Positions 16,568 through 27,052 are shown, numbered from the stretch's first letter. The stretch: 56,349 bases of DNA from Candidatus Natronoplasma sp. (GCA_048620775.1 JBMCEH010000001.1:1-56349); one strand, 5' to 3'. Notes: a model not told the origin generated them from the sequence alone. A program made the numbers and translations.

Positions 16568-17590
16568 TCAATTCTTTCTTTTTATCTCTTCTATTTTTTT
16601 CTCCAGTTCTGCACGCATTTTTTCTCCCCTATACTCTCCGTCGAAGTAATCTATACGAGCTGCTATAGCTATCTTATTAGCAAAAGTTCTCGCTATCTTA
16701 CCCCTTAAAGATTGGGGAGCCCTATGTACATAGGGATGCTGCAATATCAATCCATGTTTGGGAGGTTTGGTCCCCTTATCGAGATGCCTGAAAAGAGACT
16801 TTTCGGCACCAAGTACCTGTATAGTACTAGCGGGCTGTTTCGCTAGGCTTTCTAAGGAACCTTGTTTCGCTATCAGCTCTCCCCCCAATTTCGGACCGGT
16901 GAGCGCAGTAAGGTTCGGAGCGTACTCCTGCATCTTACTTTTCACATATTTTTCAAGTTCTTCACGAAACTCCATCTCATCTCTTATCGACCTTGCAAAC
17001 TTTTTGAAGTGCTTCATCTCCTGATCTGTGACTTCTTGGCCAGTAAATTCCTCCCGAAAATCTATCTTTTCCCTTATTTCGCCTCTATCACCGTAATCTA
17101 TAATCAACTCGAGGTATCTCTCATCATTGACCTCTCCATCTAATTCCGAAAAATACAGGGAATACCATGTCTTCAACCTTTCCAACTTTATGTTGATAGT
17201 TTCGTTGAGGTCTTGGATGGTCTCCACCGCTCTAGCTAGATGCTCCCCAAAATCGATGGATTCCCTGATATTTATCCTGCCTAATTCCCTGAGGGCTTCC
17301 TGGAGAATATCATCAGTGTATGAATAATCCTGCGGATCTATTTCTATCTCTTCAATATATTTAACGTCTGCAAAATCGGATAACCTCTCTGTAGACACTG
17401 ATATTTCATTCTCATGCCTATCCATCAATTTCTTTTCTTCCTTCAGTACTTCTCCTTTATCCATCTGAGACTTCCTTTTTGCTATCTCAGAGGGGCGTTT
17501 GGGAAAAAGCTCTTTGTCTATCACATCTCCATCCTCTATGATAAAACTACCGAACCAAGTCGTGTGGAGAATCTTATCTCTACCGTTCAT
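16568..17590 (-). CDS. nop5: box C/D sRNP core protein Nop5 (Nop56/58)
   Basis: NOP domain: APNLTALTGPKLGGELIAKQGSLESLAKQPASTIQVLGAEKSLFRH...KPPKHGLILQHP. Confidence 0.9.
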   Translation of the reverse strand: MNGRDKILHTTWFGSFIIEDGDVIDKELFPKRPSEIAKRKSQMDKGEVLKEEKKLMDRHENEISVSTERLSDFADVKYIEEIEIDPQDYSYTDDILQEALRELGRINIRESIDFGEHLARAVETIQDLNETINIKLERLKTWYSLYFSELDGEVNDERYLELIIDYGDRGEIREKIDFREEFTGQEVTDQEMKHFKKFARSIRDEMEFREELEKYVKSKMQEYAPNLTALTGPKLGGELIAKQGSLESLAKQPASTIQVLGAEKSLFRHLDKGTKPPKHGLILQHPYVHRAPQSLRGKIARTFANKIAIAARIDYFDGEYRGEKMRAELEKKIEEIKRKN

Positions 17591-17624
17591 AGGAAAAAGA
17601 ACGATTTATCAGGTATAAATCTTA

Positions 17625-18671
17625 TCAATCGGGATTTTCAGGAAGAAGGTGAAGGCGCTGCTTTATCCTCACAACTTCTACTTCATCTTTATTTCCTGTA
17701 AATCCTTCCGGCTTCAAAAGAGTCATAGTTTCGTAAGTTTCAGGATCCATGATCTGGATCTCCTTCTTTTCTTCAGAAACGACGACTGCTTTTTCTACCA
17801 ATTCCTCACCACCATAGATTATTGCATCATTCATATTTTCTTTAGAAATAGTTGTGTCTTTGTTCTCTTCCAAGTCATGGACAACGATCGGTCCACTCCC
17901 TCTTTTCGTCTTCCTTATTCGATAAATCTTGTCTTCAAACTCGATGAAATCTCCTTTCTCATAAGGAGGGAGTCTAACGGAGTATGTCATCCTGTAGACA
18001 TTCTGACCATCTTTTCTGCCGGCGAGTTCTGACGTTTCTTTAACATCACCTCCCAAAAGATCTGCTATATCATAAGAGAGGTTCCTAGTAACTCTTCTAT
18101 CGCTCAAATAAAAGTCTAGGCCACCATGAATTTCCCTTTCAAGCGTTATGAAGACTTTTTTTTCCTTACCCCTGTCTACCTTGATCCTTTTATGGACCAT
18201 ACTACTCACTTCACTCTTCTGCTCTTCAGTCATCTCTTCTTCTGTAGGCCTAACCTGTAGAATCGCCTCGTAGTAATCTCCTTCCTTTTTGCTACAGTTC
18301 TTGCACTGTCCTTTTTTCAAAACGATGTGTGTAGAAAGATGCTTTTTTTTCTCCACCCCTTTAGTCGTTAATTCAACTATCAAATCCGCTTCTATGTTTT
18401 TAGGGTCACTTTCGTCAAATTCGACCTGAAATGAAAATTTTTCTACTGAAGATGAAATCGAGAGTGAATCTTCTATCCTATCAAGCATCACGGTCTCAAA
18501 GTCTGGCCTCTCTAGCCATTTATCACCCTTTCTAACACTGCCACATTTAGAACATATCTCGATCTCGATCGGATCCTCTACTTCTACAGAGACCTTCTTA
18601 TCCACATAACAGTCTATACACATCCCGTCATGAAGTTCAGGAACTTCAGCCCCACATTCAACACATAGCAT
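17625..18671 (-). CDS. NMD3-family ribosomal large-subunit biogenesis/export factor homologue
   Basis: N-terminal Cys clusters CVECG...CIDC and CSKCG, then CKNC. The length and layout match archaeal NMD3. Confidence 0.7.
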   Translation of the reverse strand: MLCVECGAEVPELHDGMCIDCYVDKKVSVEVEDPIEIEICSKCGSVRKGDKWLERPDFETVMLDRIEDSLSISSSVEKFSFQVEFDESDPKNIEADLIVELTTKGVEKKKHLSTHIVLKKGQCKNCSKKEGDYYEAILQVRPTEEEMTEEQKSEVSSMVHKRIKVDRGKEKKVFITLEREIHGGLDFYLSDRRVTRNLSYDIADLLGGDVKETSELAGRKDGQNVYRMTYSVRLPPYEKGDFIEFEDKIYRIRKTKRGSGPIVVHDLEENKDTTISKENMNDAIIYGGEELVEKAVVVSEEKKEIQIMDPETYETMTLLKPEGFTGNKDEVEVVRIKQRLHLLPENPD

Positions 18672-18682
18672 ATTCGATCACC

Positions 18683-18988
18683 TTATATCCTGACTATCTG
18701 TAGATGGGGGATACCTTCAATAATCATCAAGTCTTCCTCCCGACCAAAACCCGCCTCTATCGCCGAATTAACGACTTTTTCACCTACCAAGTTCGCTATA
18801 GTGCTTCTTTTAAATTCCTTTTTCAATCTTTCTATCTCTATCTTCTGGCCTCCATAAAAGCTTTCTTTCACTTCGAGGTTTATATCACCATCTTGTAAGG
18901 TTCTGCCTAACACATCATCATCACAGGCAGCGAGAAGGACTTCATCTCCTTGATCATAGATCTGATAGTTCACTTTCATTTCGCTCAC
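18683..18988 (-). CDS. DUF424-family protein
   Basis: 101 aa with LLAACDDDVLGRTL...GE, recalled as the DUF424/COG2412 pattern. It overlaps the mcm stop by 4 nt. Confidence 0.5.
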   Translation of the reverse strand: MSEMKVNYQIYDQGDEVLLAACDDDVLGRTLQDGDINLEVKESFYGGQKIEIERLKKEFKRSTIANLVGEKVVNSAIEAGFGREEDLMIIEGIPHLQIVRI

Positions 18989-21057
18989 ATTTTAACCAGA
19001 TTATATTTCCCTTCTACCGGGCTATATATTTCACCACCGCTCCTCATCCTATCGAGTTCCTTTCTGACCTCTTCGCGGGAGAACCCCCTTGATTCCGCCT
19101 CTTCAAGGAGTTCATCCTCAGGAACGCCGCCCTCATGGATTTCAGATTTGTTTCTGATTATATCTCTGATCTGGCTCATCAAAGTTCTTTCACTGTGGGA
19201 GACACTAGCTGAAACCATATCTATATCCAATTCTCCGGACTCTGTCGAAGCCACCTTTTTTAGAAAATGATTGGTGACGCTTATTGCCCGCTCGGCGTCT
19301 TCGATAGTAACTTGATCTCTAAGATGAGCTCTAGCACTGGCCTCTGAAAGACGGACCAAAGATTCCAATTGTCTCGCAGTGACCGGTATAGAATCTTCAC
19401 TGCCCGTATCCCTCAATTCAAGATAGAAGTCTTCGAGCTTCTCAATAGCCTTTTCTGTCATGATGGGGGTTTTAGTCTTGGCATGGGCGATATATTTCCT
19501 CAAAAATTCCTTATCAAATTCAGGTACGAAATCCTTCTCTATATCCATACCTTCTTTTTCTATCCTTTCCCCCTCTTCATGAAGGCTCAATATATGGTGG
19601 GCTATCTTTGAATCTTTTTTCTTATCTGGTTGATCGATAAGTGCAAATATTAGATCAAACCTCGATATAAGAGGAGGAGGTAGGGCGATCTGCTGAGATA
19701 TGTTCTCATGAACTTCAAATCTTCCGTATTCTGGATTTGCTGCACCTAGAACAGCACATCTAGAATTCAGAGTTGCGTTAATACCCGCCTTCGCAACCGA
19801 GATCCTCTGCTGTTCCATAGCTTCGTGCATCGCACTACGATCCTCTGAACGCATCTTATCCAATTCGTCTACACAAGCGATCCCTCCGTCTGCTAGGACC
19901 AACGTACCCGCTTCTAAGACCCATTGACTCTCTCCCATAACATCTTCACGTACAGCTGCGGCGGTCAACCCAGCTCCTGTTGAGCCCTTACCGGAGGCAT
20001 ACATACCCCTGGGTGAAAGTTCCGAGATATACCTCAGAAGCTGTGATTTTGCAGTGCCTGGATCACCAACAAGCAGGATGTGTATATCTCCTCTAGTTAT
20101 AGTACCGTCCGGCATCTCCTTTCTTACACCGCTGAAAAGTTGAAGTGCGAGTCCTATCTTTTCCGTGTTGAGGCCATGAATGCTAGGAGCTATGGAATTG
20201 ACTATCCTAGCAAATATCCGGGGATCTTCAGACGCTTCCTCTATCTTTTTTCTGTCTTCTTCAGATAATTCAAGGTCTTCGAATTCATATTCCTTCACCT
20301 CGATACCGTTCACGTCCATGTAGATATCAAAGACTCTGCTCTGAGAAGTCCTCCCTTTTCTTTTCGGTCTTCCCTCTAGAACGCCGTTTATAGTGATCCT
20401 ATCTCCAGGAGAAACCTTGCCTACGAGATCATGTTTTACCCAGCCTTTCAAACGCTGTGGCTGTTCCCCTCCCCTCAACTCTTCAGGGCTCTCCTGTATC
20501 TCTATATTCTGAAAATCTCTAAATTCTGACTTATCTTTGAGTAATAAAAAATTCGTTTTGTTCGAAGATTTACCACATCCTGCACATTCCATCGGTTCGT
20601 CTATATCTCCACCGTTCTGTTCTTTCCCGAATTCATATCCACAGCTCATGCAGCGAAAGATCGCTTTAGAGATCCTCGGTCTCACTTCGGTTGTCTTCCG
20701 GACCAAACCATCGATTGCCAGATATCTAACAAGATCGTCGGACCGGAGGTCCCTTATCATCCTTTTCCTTGACCCCGAGAGATCCGTAATCCTGAGATAG
20801 ATATGCACGTCTTGGTAGGCGCCTCCCAACACTTCTTTTATAGCTTCTTCACCTATCTGAAGACAGCGTTTAGGATTTTTCATTACATATCTTGGAAAAT
20901 CTACACCAAAAAAGAGAGTCAGATCATTGTAAGTGATGAAAACTGATTTTTCATCAGGATAATTGTCTGCAATTTTGATCAACTCTGAGTGATATTCGTC
21001 TTCCTCAAAGAAATCTACAAATTTTTCTCGAATCTCATCATCCGTGTATTCAGCCAT
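18985..21057 (-). CDS. mcm: MCM replicative helicase
   Basis: Zinc motif CMSCGYE...CAGCG, Walker A GDPGTAKSQLL, Walker B CVDELDKM and arginine finger SRFDLIF. 690 aa with no intein. Confidence 0.95.
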   Translation of the reverse strand: MAEYTDDEIREKFVDFFEEDEYHSELIKIADNYPDEKSVFITYNDLTLFFGVDFPRYVMKNPKRCLQIGEEAIKEVLGGAYQDVHIYLRITDLSGSRKRMIRDLRSDDLVRYLAIDGLVRKTTEVRPRISKAIFRCMSCGYEFGKEQNGGDIDEPMECAGCGKSSNKTNFLLLKDKSEFRDFQNIEIQESPEELRGGEQPQRLKGWVKHDLVGKVSPGDRITINGVLEGRPKRKGRTSQSRVFDIYMDVNGIEVKEYEFEDLELSEEDRKKIEEASEDPRIFARIVNSIAPSIHGLNTEKIGLALQLFSGVRKEMPDGTITRGDIHILLVGDPGTAKSQLLRYISELSPRGMYASGKGSTGAGLTAAAVREDVMGESQWVLEAGTLVLADGGIACVDELDKMRSEDRSAMHEAMEQQRISVAKAGINATLNSRCAVLGAANPEYGRFEVHENISQQIALPPPLISRFDLIFALIDQPDKKKDSKIAHHILSLHEEGERIEKEGMDIEKDFVPEFDKEFLRKYIAHAKTKTPIMTEKAIEKLEDFYLELRDTGSEDSIPVTARQLESLVRLSEASARAHLRDQVTIEDAERAISVTNHFLKKVASTESGELDIDMVSASVSHSERTLMSQIRDIIRNKSEIHEGGVPEDELLEEAESRGFSREEVRKELDRMRSGGEIYSPVEGKYNLVKM

Positions 21058-21179
21058 CTATATCTCCGGATTCTAAGGATTAGATTTCGATGTAAATAAA
21101 ACTATTCATCGATCAAGAAAAGTCGAAAACAAAATACCCTTTCAATCAAAAGAAGCTGTCCAGGATAGAATACAAAACC

Positions 21180-21187
21180 ATATATAA
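21180..21187 (+). promoter_or_regulatory. possible TATA box for thi4
   Basis: ATATATAA is centred about 26 nt upstream of the thi4 ATG (21210), implying a leaderless or near-leaderless mRNA. Confidence 0.35.
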
Positions 21188-21209
21188 CACCGTCATATGT
21201 TGGGATAAT

Positions 21210-21980
21210 ATGTTCAAAAAAGCTAGCAAAAGTGAGGTGACGCGGGCTATAGTGAAACAATTCGGTAAAAAATTAGATGAATTTGCAGACTCCGAAGTTA
21301 TTATTATCGGAGCTGGGCCTAGCGGATTGATGGCTGCTAGAGATCTGGCTATGAAAGGAAGAAAAGTGCTTGTCGTAGAGCGAAACAATTATCTCGGCGG
21401 CGGATTTTGGCTCGGAGGCTACCTGATGAATACGGTGACGGTTCGTCCGCCCGGCGAAGAGATATTGGATGAATTGGATATCCCTTACGAAGAAGACGGT
21501 GACCTTTACACTGCGATGGGACCTCATGCCTGCTCTAAACTCATCTCAAAAGCTTGTGACGAGGGAATACAGATACTCAACATGACTGAGTTCGAGGACG
21601 TGGTTCTTAGAGAGAATGATAGAGTCGGAGGCGTAGTTATCAATTGGACTCCGGTATCTGAACTTCCTAGACAGATCACCTGTGTCGATCCTATTTCTTT
21701 GGAAGCGAAGATAGTCATAGACGCTACTGGACATGACGCCTGTGTGGTCAGCAAACTAGAAGAAAGAGGTATGGTAGAAACAACCGGCTTCGGTGGGATG
21801 TGGGTAGACGAATCTGAAGACCTTGTGGTGGAACATACGGGAAAAGTTCATGATGGTGTCGTAGCCACAGGCATGGCCGTTTCAACGACCTATGGACTTC
21901 CGAGGATGGGTCCGACCTTCGGTTCAATGCTTCTCTCTGGTAGAAAAGGAGCTGAAATTACGGATGAGCTTCTCGGCTGA
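21210..21980 (+). CDS. thi4: thiamine thiazole synthase Thi4
   Basis: FAD-binding [37 protein letters not shown] and GMAV...[10 protein letters not shown]. Confidence 0.9.
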   Translation: MFKKASKSEVTRAIVKQFGKKLDEFADSEVIIIGAGPSGLMAARDLAMKGRKVLVVERNNYLGGGFWLGGYLMNTVTVRPPGEEILDELDIPYEEDGDLYTAMGPHACSKLISKACDEGIQILNMTEFEDVVLRENDRVGGVVINWTPVSELPRQITCVDPISLEAKIVIDATGHDACVVSKLEERGMVETTGFGGMWVDESEDLVVEHTGKVHDGVVATGMAVSTTYGLPRMGPTFGSMLLSGRKGAEITDELLG

Positions 21981-22728
21981 ATTCTCCTTCTCAAAAATCT
22001 TTCTTTATATCGACAGTAGTATAAAGACGATCGAACAGAAAAATCTTAAGAACTTTCTCGAGGAAAGAACAGGGGTAGAAGTCCACATAAAAAAAGATTT
22101 TCTCAAAGCGAAGAACGAGGAGGATTTAGAGAAAAAAATAGCCAAAACAAAAGTCAGAAATAAAAGGAAAAAAGAGTTCAAAGAACCACTGCTAAAGGAG
22201 GTCGAGATCGAAAAGAAAATCATTCAGGGGGATAAAGACCTGCTTGGAATAATCTATGGTAGGCATCAACTGGTAAAACTCCTTCAAAAACTGCTCGATC
22301 AAAAAGAAAAAAAAGATCATACAATAATAATAACGAAAAGACTGATCGGGACCTTGGAAAAGAACGAATCGCGATACCACATCAGAACAGTAATAAACAC
22401 TATCCCTTCAGTAATCTCTGTTTCTGGAATAGTAGAAGGCCCCGCTAAACCGAGAAGATATTACTTTACTGATGATAACGAGAAAGAAAATGTTCTCGAT
22501 TTTGATCCGATGCAGCATTCTGACGAGAGGATAGAAAGTGCTGTCAGGTCATATATTTTACAGACTGTCTTTTGGCGGCTTGAAGGCTATCCTTTCTGTG
22601 ATAAAGAAGGATGCTGCCTCAATAACTCGCATTGGCAGAAAGATGTGATCAAAAATCAAGTCAATGGTGAACTATGTAAGGAACATGAGGAGATACTAGA
22701 GAAGTTCAAAAAAGAAAGTTCTGTTTAA
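21964..22728 (+). CDS. hypothetical protein with a C-terminal Cys/His cluster
   Basis: The in-frame ATG at 21964 overlaps the thi4 end by 17 nt. The C-terminus [14 protein letters not shown]...CKEHE resembles the distal zinc site of archaemetzincin-like proteins, but no HExxH is present. Confidence 0.35.
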   Translation: MSFSAEFSFSKIFLYIDSSIKTIEQKNLKNFLEERTGVEVHIKKDFLKAKNEEDLEKKIAKTKVRNKRKKEFKEPLLKEVEIEKKIIQGDKDLLGIIYGRHQLVKLLQKLLDQKEKKDHTIIITKRLIGTLEKNESRYHIRTVINTIPSVISVSGIVEGPAKPRRYYFTDDNEKENVLDFDPMQHSDERIESAVRSYILQTVFWRLEGYPFCDKEGCCLNNSHWQKDVIKNQVNGELCKEHEEILEKFKKESSV

Positions 22729-22874
22729 TAACATCGTTATTTTTATATGTCTTGTATGAGATGTGATAGTATCTCACTCTTATCGAGTGCAACGAAGGGT
22801 ATAAATTAATAAACGATAAATCATAGGTAATGATGTAGGATCCTAGACAAAAATGTAGAGCGATCAAGAGGCAA

Positions 22875-24059
22875 ATGATGGATGTTGAAAAGATAAGGAA
22901 AGATTTCCCAGTTGTAGATGATTATATCTACTTCGACAGTGCCTGTTTGAGTTTGAAACCTCAACCAGTGATAGATGCTGTTCAAAGGTATTATTCTGAA
23001 TTTCCCGTCTGTGAAGGCAAAAGGAGTGCCCATACTCTCTCGACCCAGTTGACTAAAGAGATTAAGAAAGGAAGAGAGAGCGTTAAAGATCTCTTGAAAG
23101 CTTCGGGAACTGACGAGATAGCTTTCACGAAAAACACTACTGAAGCGATAAACACTGTTGCACGAGGACTGACTCTAAAAAAAGGCGAAAAGGTCCTCAC
23201 TACCGATAAAGAGCACAACAGCAATCTAGTACCTTGGATAAAGATGAAAGAGAAAAGAGGGATCGGATACGAACAGATTTCTACGGATAATAACGGTCAA
23301 TTGAATTTAGAGGATCTGAAGGAAAAGATGGATGACGACGTAAAGATAGTTTCTATGGTCCATACCTCTAATCTAGACGGCACAACCATCCCCGCTTCTG
23401 AAGTCTGTGATATAGTCCACGAATATGACGCCTATTTTATGCTCGACGGGGCCCAAAGCGTTCCTCATCGACCTGTAGATGTGAAGGAGATAGGAGTGGA
23501 TTTTTTGGCATTTTCTGTTCATAAAATGTTGGGACCTACAGGCGTCGGAGTTCTTTACGGGAGAAAGAAACTGTTAGAAGAGCTCGATCCTCTCACCTAT
23601 GGGGGAGGGGGAGTAAAATCCACTAAATATGACGAAGCAACGCTGCAGGAATCTCCAGAGAAATTCGAAGCTGGCCTTCAAAATTTTGCTAGCCTCGCTG
23701 CAGTTAAACCTGCGGTGGATTACATCAGAGAAATAGGTTTAGAAAACATCGAAAAACATGAAACTAAGTTGAATGGGATCGCAACAGAAGAATTGAAAGA
23801 TATGGTCGAAATAATCGGACCTGAAGATGCAGAAAAAAGATCCGGAATATTTAATTTTCTTTTAAAAAAATTGGGATGCCATGAGATAACCCTTTTGATG
23901 GACGAAGAAAACATATTACTCAGAGGTGGTCAACAATGCGTTCATTCCTGGTACAGTTTTCACGGCCTTGAAGGAGGAAACAGAGCTTCCTTTTACTTAT
24001 ACAATACTGAAAAGGAGGTCAAGAAGTTCGTAGAAGTTATCAAATCACTGGTGGGTTAA
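22875..24059 (+). CDS. sufS: cysteine desulfurase, class V aminotransferase (SufS/CsdA-like)
   Basis: IYFDSACLSLKP, TTEAIN, DGAQSVPH, and PLP-lysine context FSVHKMLGPTGVGVLYG. Confidence 0.85.
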   Translation: MMDVEKIRKDFPVVDDYIYFDSACLSLKPQPVIDAVQRYYSEFPVCEGKRSAHTLSTQLTKEIKKGRESVKDLLKASGTDEIAFTKNTTEAINTVARGLTLKKGEKVLTTDKEHNSNLVPWIKMKEKRGIGYEQISTDNNGQLNLEDLKEKMDDDVKIVSMVHTSNLDGTTIPASEVCDIVHEYDAYFMLDGAQSVPHRPVDVKEIGVDFLAFSVHKMLGPTGVGVLYGRKKLLEELDPLTYGGGGVKSTKYDEATLQESPEKFEAGLQNFASLAAVKPAVDYIREIGLENIEKHETKLNGIATEELKDMVEIIGPEDAEKRSGIFNFLLKKLGCHEITLLMDEENILLRGGQQCVHSWYSFHGLEGGNRASFYLYNTEKEVKKFVEVIKSLVG

Positions 24060-24340
24060 GTACTTTTGAAATTTTTGATCAATTTGGTAAACTCTTCAAA
24101 TAGTTCATCGACTACTTCTTTTTCAGTGGTCTTGAATAATAATTTTCCTGAAGGGTAGATACCAACCTCGACGTCAGATTCTAGATGAAGAACTAGCAAT
24201 ATGATTTCAGAAGAAAATTCTATTTTAAATTCCTTTTTTGTTAGATACTTCTCGAGTTCTTCAAGGTCTATCCTGGTTTCCCTTTTTGGTTCCGCTCTGT
24301 ATGCACCAGAATCGGAACATGGTTCTACCACATCGTACAT
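24056..24340 (-). CDS. small hypothetical alpha/beta protein
   Basis: 94-aa ORF, convergent with sufS with a TTAA stop/stop overlap. There is a faint resemblance to C-terminal modules of ThiF/MoeB-like proteins (VGIYPSGKLLFKTT), but I do not consider it reliable. Confidence 0.3.
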   Translation of the reverse strand: MYDVVEPCSDSGAYRAEPKRETRIDLEELEKYLTKKEFKIEFSSEIILLVLHLESDVEVGIYPSGKLLFKTTEKEVVDELFEEFTKLIKNFKST

Positions 24341-24400
24341 CTCTGCTTATCATTAAAGCCTAAGTCGTATTTATATCATTTTGACTTGATTGAGATGAAG

Positions 24401-24434
24401 CATAACAGGGATAGGTTAATAAGTTACTGTTATG
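24401..24434. promoter_or_regulatory. perfect 8-bp inverted repeat upstream of the HTH regulator gene
   Basis: CATAACAG-(18 nt)-CTGTTATG ends 11 nt before the ATG at 24446. Confidence 0.25.
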
Positions 24435-24445
24435 TTTAAAGAAAC

Positions 24446-24742
24446 ATGCGCTGTGAAGAATTCGTTAATGAATATATGCCCACAGTAAAAGCCCATATAG
24501 CTTACATATTGTATAATAATTACGAGTTGAAACAGATCGAAATATCTGAAATATTGGATATCACCCAGCCCGGAGTCTCTCAATACATCAGGGGAAGCAG
24601 GGGTAAAACCACAGAACTGTCCAAAGAGATAGAAAAAACAATAGAAGTTGTCGCTGAAGAGATTTATAATTCTAACGAAGAGGGTAAACTCACTAAAGAA
24701 AAAGTAGATGATCTGATGTGTGAGATCTGCAAAAAAATTTGA
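24446..24742 (+). CDS. small HTH transcriptional regulator
   Basis: LKQIEISEILDITQPGVSQYIRG is an XRE/COG2522-like helix-turn-helix. There is a C-terminal CEIC pair. Confidence 0.5.
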   Translation: MRCEEFVNEYMPTVKAHIAYILYNNYELKQIEISEILDITQPGVSQYIRGSRGKTTELSKEIEKTIEVVAEEIYNSNEEGKLTKEKVDDLMCEICKKI

Positions 24743-24797
24743 ACTTATAAACTCGAAAAGTTTTTTATTCTTTTATGTATCTGTAAGACCGATCGAT

Positions 24798-25664
24798 ATG
24801 AATAAAACAGAGCTTGAGGAGAGTCTAGTCGAAGGAATCCAAAAGGCCGTGACTAGCGTGACTGAAGAAACAGAAAGAGCGCTACGTGAGGCAAAAGATA
24901 AGGAAGAAGAGGAAGGAGCTAATGTACAATTGGAAGCTATTTTGGAAAACATCGACGTAGGAAAGAGTGAAAAAAGACCGATCTGTCAGGATACTGGAAC
25001 CCAAACTTTTTTCATAGAGGTAGGTGAAGATTTCAAATGGCTAGGATCTCTAAAAAGAATCATAAACGGATCAGTGAAAAAAGCTACTGAGAAGATCCCT
25101 CTAAGACCTAACGCTATCGATCCTATCAGCGATAAAAACAGCGGTGATAACACGGGTCGCTTCATCCCGTCGATACACTGGGATATAGTTGAAGGTGACG
25201 AAGCAGTCATACATATTATTCCGAAGGGAGGAGGTAGTGAAAACATGAGTAAACTAGAGATGATGACTCCAGGGAGAGGTTTAAAAGGAGTAAAAGAGAT
25301 AGTCCTAGATCAGATAGCTGAGATGGCTGGCAAACCCTGTCCTCCTACTATCGTTGGTATTGGTTTGGGTGGAGGTGCAGATCTCGCTATGGAACTGGCA
25401 AAAAAGGCTCTATTACGACCTGTCGGCGAAAGACATGCCGAAAAGAAGATCGCTGAAATGGAAAAGGAATTACTTGAGAAAGCAAATGAACTAGGCGTGG
25501 GTCCGATGGGCGTAGGAGGAAAGACTACAGTTCTTGATATCAAGATCGAATATGCTCATCGTCATCCAGCTTCGTTTCCTGTAGCGGTTTTACCTCAGTG
25601 TTGGGCAAATAGACAGTCCCTGATCAAGGTCAATCCTAAAGGTGAAGTAGAGGTGGTAAGATGA
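24798..25664 (+). CDS. class I fumarate hydratase (tartrate dehydratase-like), alpha subunit
   Basis: PICQDTGT, IPKGGGSENMS and VGIGLGG motifs. The start is taken at MNKTELEE (24798); the track extension overlaps the upstream gene. Confidence 0.85.
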   Translation: MNKTELEESLVEGIQKAVTSVTEETERALREAKDKEEEEGANVQLEAILENIDVGKSEKRPICQDTGTQTFFIEVGEDFKWLGSLKRIINGSVKKATEKIPLRPNAIDPISDKNSGDNTGRFIPSIHWDIVEGDEAVIHIIPKGGGSENMSKLEMMTPGRGLKGVKEIVLDQIAEMAGKPCPPTIVGIGLGGGADLAMELAKKALLRPVGERHAEKKIAEMEKELLEKANELGVGPMGVGGKTTVLDIKIEYAHRHPASFPVAVLPQCWANRQSLIKVNPKGEVEVVR

Positions 25665-26245
25665 AAGTTTTTGAAACGCCTCTTGACCATGAAAAAGTAA
25701 AAGAGCTTAGAGTTGGAGACGCATTTTACATAACGGGTACAATTTTCACTGCTCGAGACGCCGCCCACGAAAAACTTCTAGAGATCGACGACGAAGATGT
25801 GCCCTTTGATCCTTCAAAATACGCTATGTTTCACTGCGGACCTGCAATACATAAAAAAGAGGGTGAATGGAAGGTCGTATCTGCAGGACCCACCACTAGT
25901 ATCAGAATGGAGATTTTCGAGGATGATTTCATCGAAAGGTTCGGAACCAAGATCATTATAGGAAAAGGCGGCATGGCAGATAGGACCCTGAAAGCTTTAG
26001 AGAAACACGGCGCTGTTTATTGCCAGTATACAGGTGGCGCAGGAGCATTGATGGCCAATGCGATAAAGGAGGTCGAGGACGTATACTTCTTGGAGGAACT
26101 CGGTATACCTGAAGCTTTTTGGATGTTCAGAGTCGAAGAAGCCGGGCCTTTTCTGGTAACCATGGACTCCGCCGGAAACAGTATACATGATGATGTAGCG
26201 AAAGAAGTCTCTAAGAACCTTGAAATGGTGAAATCTGAGCTTTAA
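25661..26245 (+). CDS. class I fumarate hydratase, beta subunit
   Basis: GDAFYITGTIFTARDAAHEKL, HCGP and IGKGGM motifs. ATGA overlap with the alpha subunit. Confidence 0.85.
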   Translation: MKVFETPLDHEKVKELRVGDAFYITGTIFTARDAAHEKLLEIDDEDVPFDPSKYAMFHCGPAIHKKEGEWKVVSAGPTTSIRMEIFEDDFIERFGTKIIIGKGGMADRTLKALEKHGAVYCQYTGGAGALMANAIKEVEDVYFLEELGIPEAFWMFRVEEAGPFLVTMDSAGNSIHDDVAKEVSKNLEMVKSEL

Positions 26246-26267
26246 AACCCTTCTTTCTTTTTTTGAT

Positions 26268-26993
26268 ATGGACGAAATAATTGAAGAGATAAGAGAAGCA
26301 GGAAGAATCACAGCCTTCACCGGGGCGGGCATGTCAGTAGAAAGCGGCATCGCTCCTTTTAGAGGAGAAGATGGTCTTTGGAACAAATTTGACCCTCAAG
26401 AAGTTGCTAGTGCTTCCGCATTTTCTGAAGACCCCAAGAAATGCTGGAAATTATTCAAACTCCAGATCGAAGAGAGTTTAGAAGGAGATCCACATAAAGG
26501 TTACTATTCTCTCGTAGAACTTGAAGATCATGGATTGAGATCCGTGATAACCCAGAATGTTGACGGACTTCATCAAAGAGCGGGGAGTGATGATGTACTA
26601 GAACTGCACGGATCGCTTGAGCGATTGGTTTGTCAATCATGTCAAAGTAGCTTTAAAACGGAAGGATTCTTAGATGAAATAAAAGAGGGATGTATCCCTC
26701 GGTGTGATTGTGATGAAATACTGAAACCGGGCGTGGTGCTTTTCGGGGAGGCGCTTCCGCGCAGGATATTACAGCAAGCATGGAAAGAAGCCGAGAACTG
26801 TGATCTCCTGTTCTCAATGGGGACCTCTAGTCTAGTCCAACCCGCAGCTTCGATACCGGCTGTAGCGAAAAAATCTGAAGCGAAGGTCGTCGAGATAAAC
26901 CTCGAGAGAACACCGATCACCGATGATGTTTCAGATTACTTCTTGAAGGGAAAGGTTGGAGAGAAGTTACCGGAAATTATAGATCGGCTTTGA
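26268..26993 (+). CDS. cobB: NAD-dependent protein deacylase, Sir2 family
   Basis: FTGAGMSVESGIAPFRG, ITQNVDGLHQRAGS, LELHGS, zinc ribbon CQSC...CDCD, and GTSSLVQPAA. Confidence 0.9.
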   Translation: MDEIIEEIREAGRITAFTGAGMSVESGIAPFRGEDGLWNKFDPQEVASASAFSEDPKKCWKLFKLQIEESLEGDPHKGYYSLVELEDHGLRSVITQNVDGLHQRAGSDDVLELHGSLERLVCQSCQSSFKTEGFLDEIKEGCIPRCDCDEILKPGVVLFGEALPRRILQQAWKEAENCDLLFSMGTSSLVQPAASIPAVAKKSEAKVVEINLERTPITDDVSDYFLKGKVGEKLPEIIDRL

Positions 26994-27052
26994 GTACACT
27001 TGTAGTTATCCTTAGTCAAAAGTGTATTAAGATTACATAGAACGGTTTGGTC

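Noticed and set aside
21058-21209. Possible TPP riboswitch upstream of thi4
   Set aside because: No CTGAGA / ACCTGATCTGGATAATGCCAGCG-like conserved cores are present. The TATA-like box only ~26 nt from the ATG leaves no room for a leader.
26268-26993. Sir2 as a defence-system (anti-phage NADase) component
   Set aside because: It has full sirtuin deacylase motifs including the zinc ribbon. It sits among metabolic genes and has no partner typical of Sir2-based defence systems.
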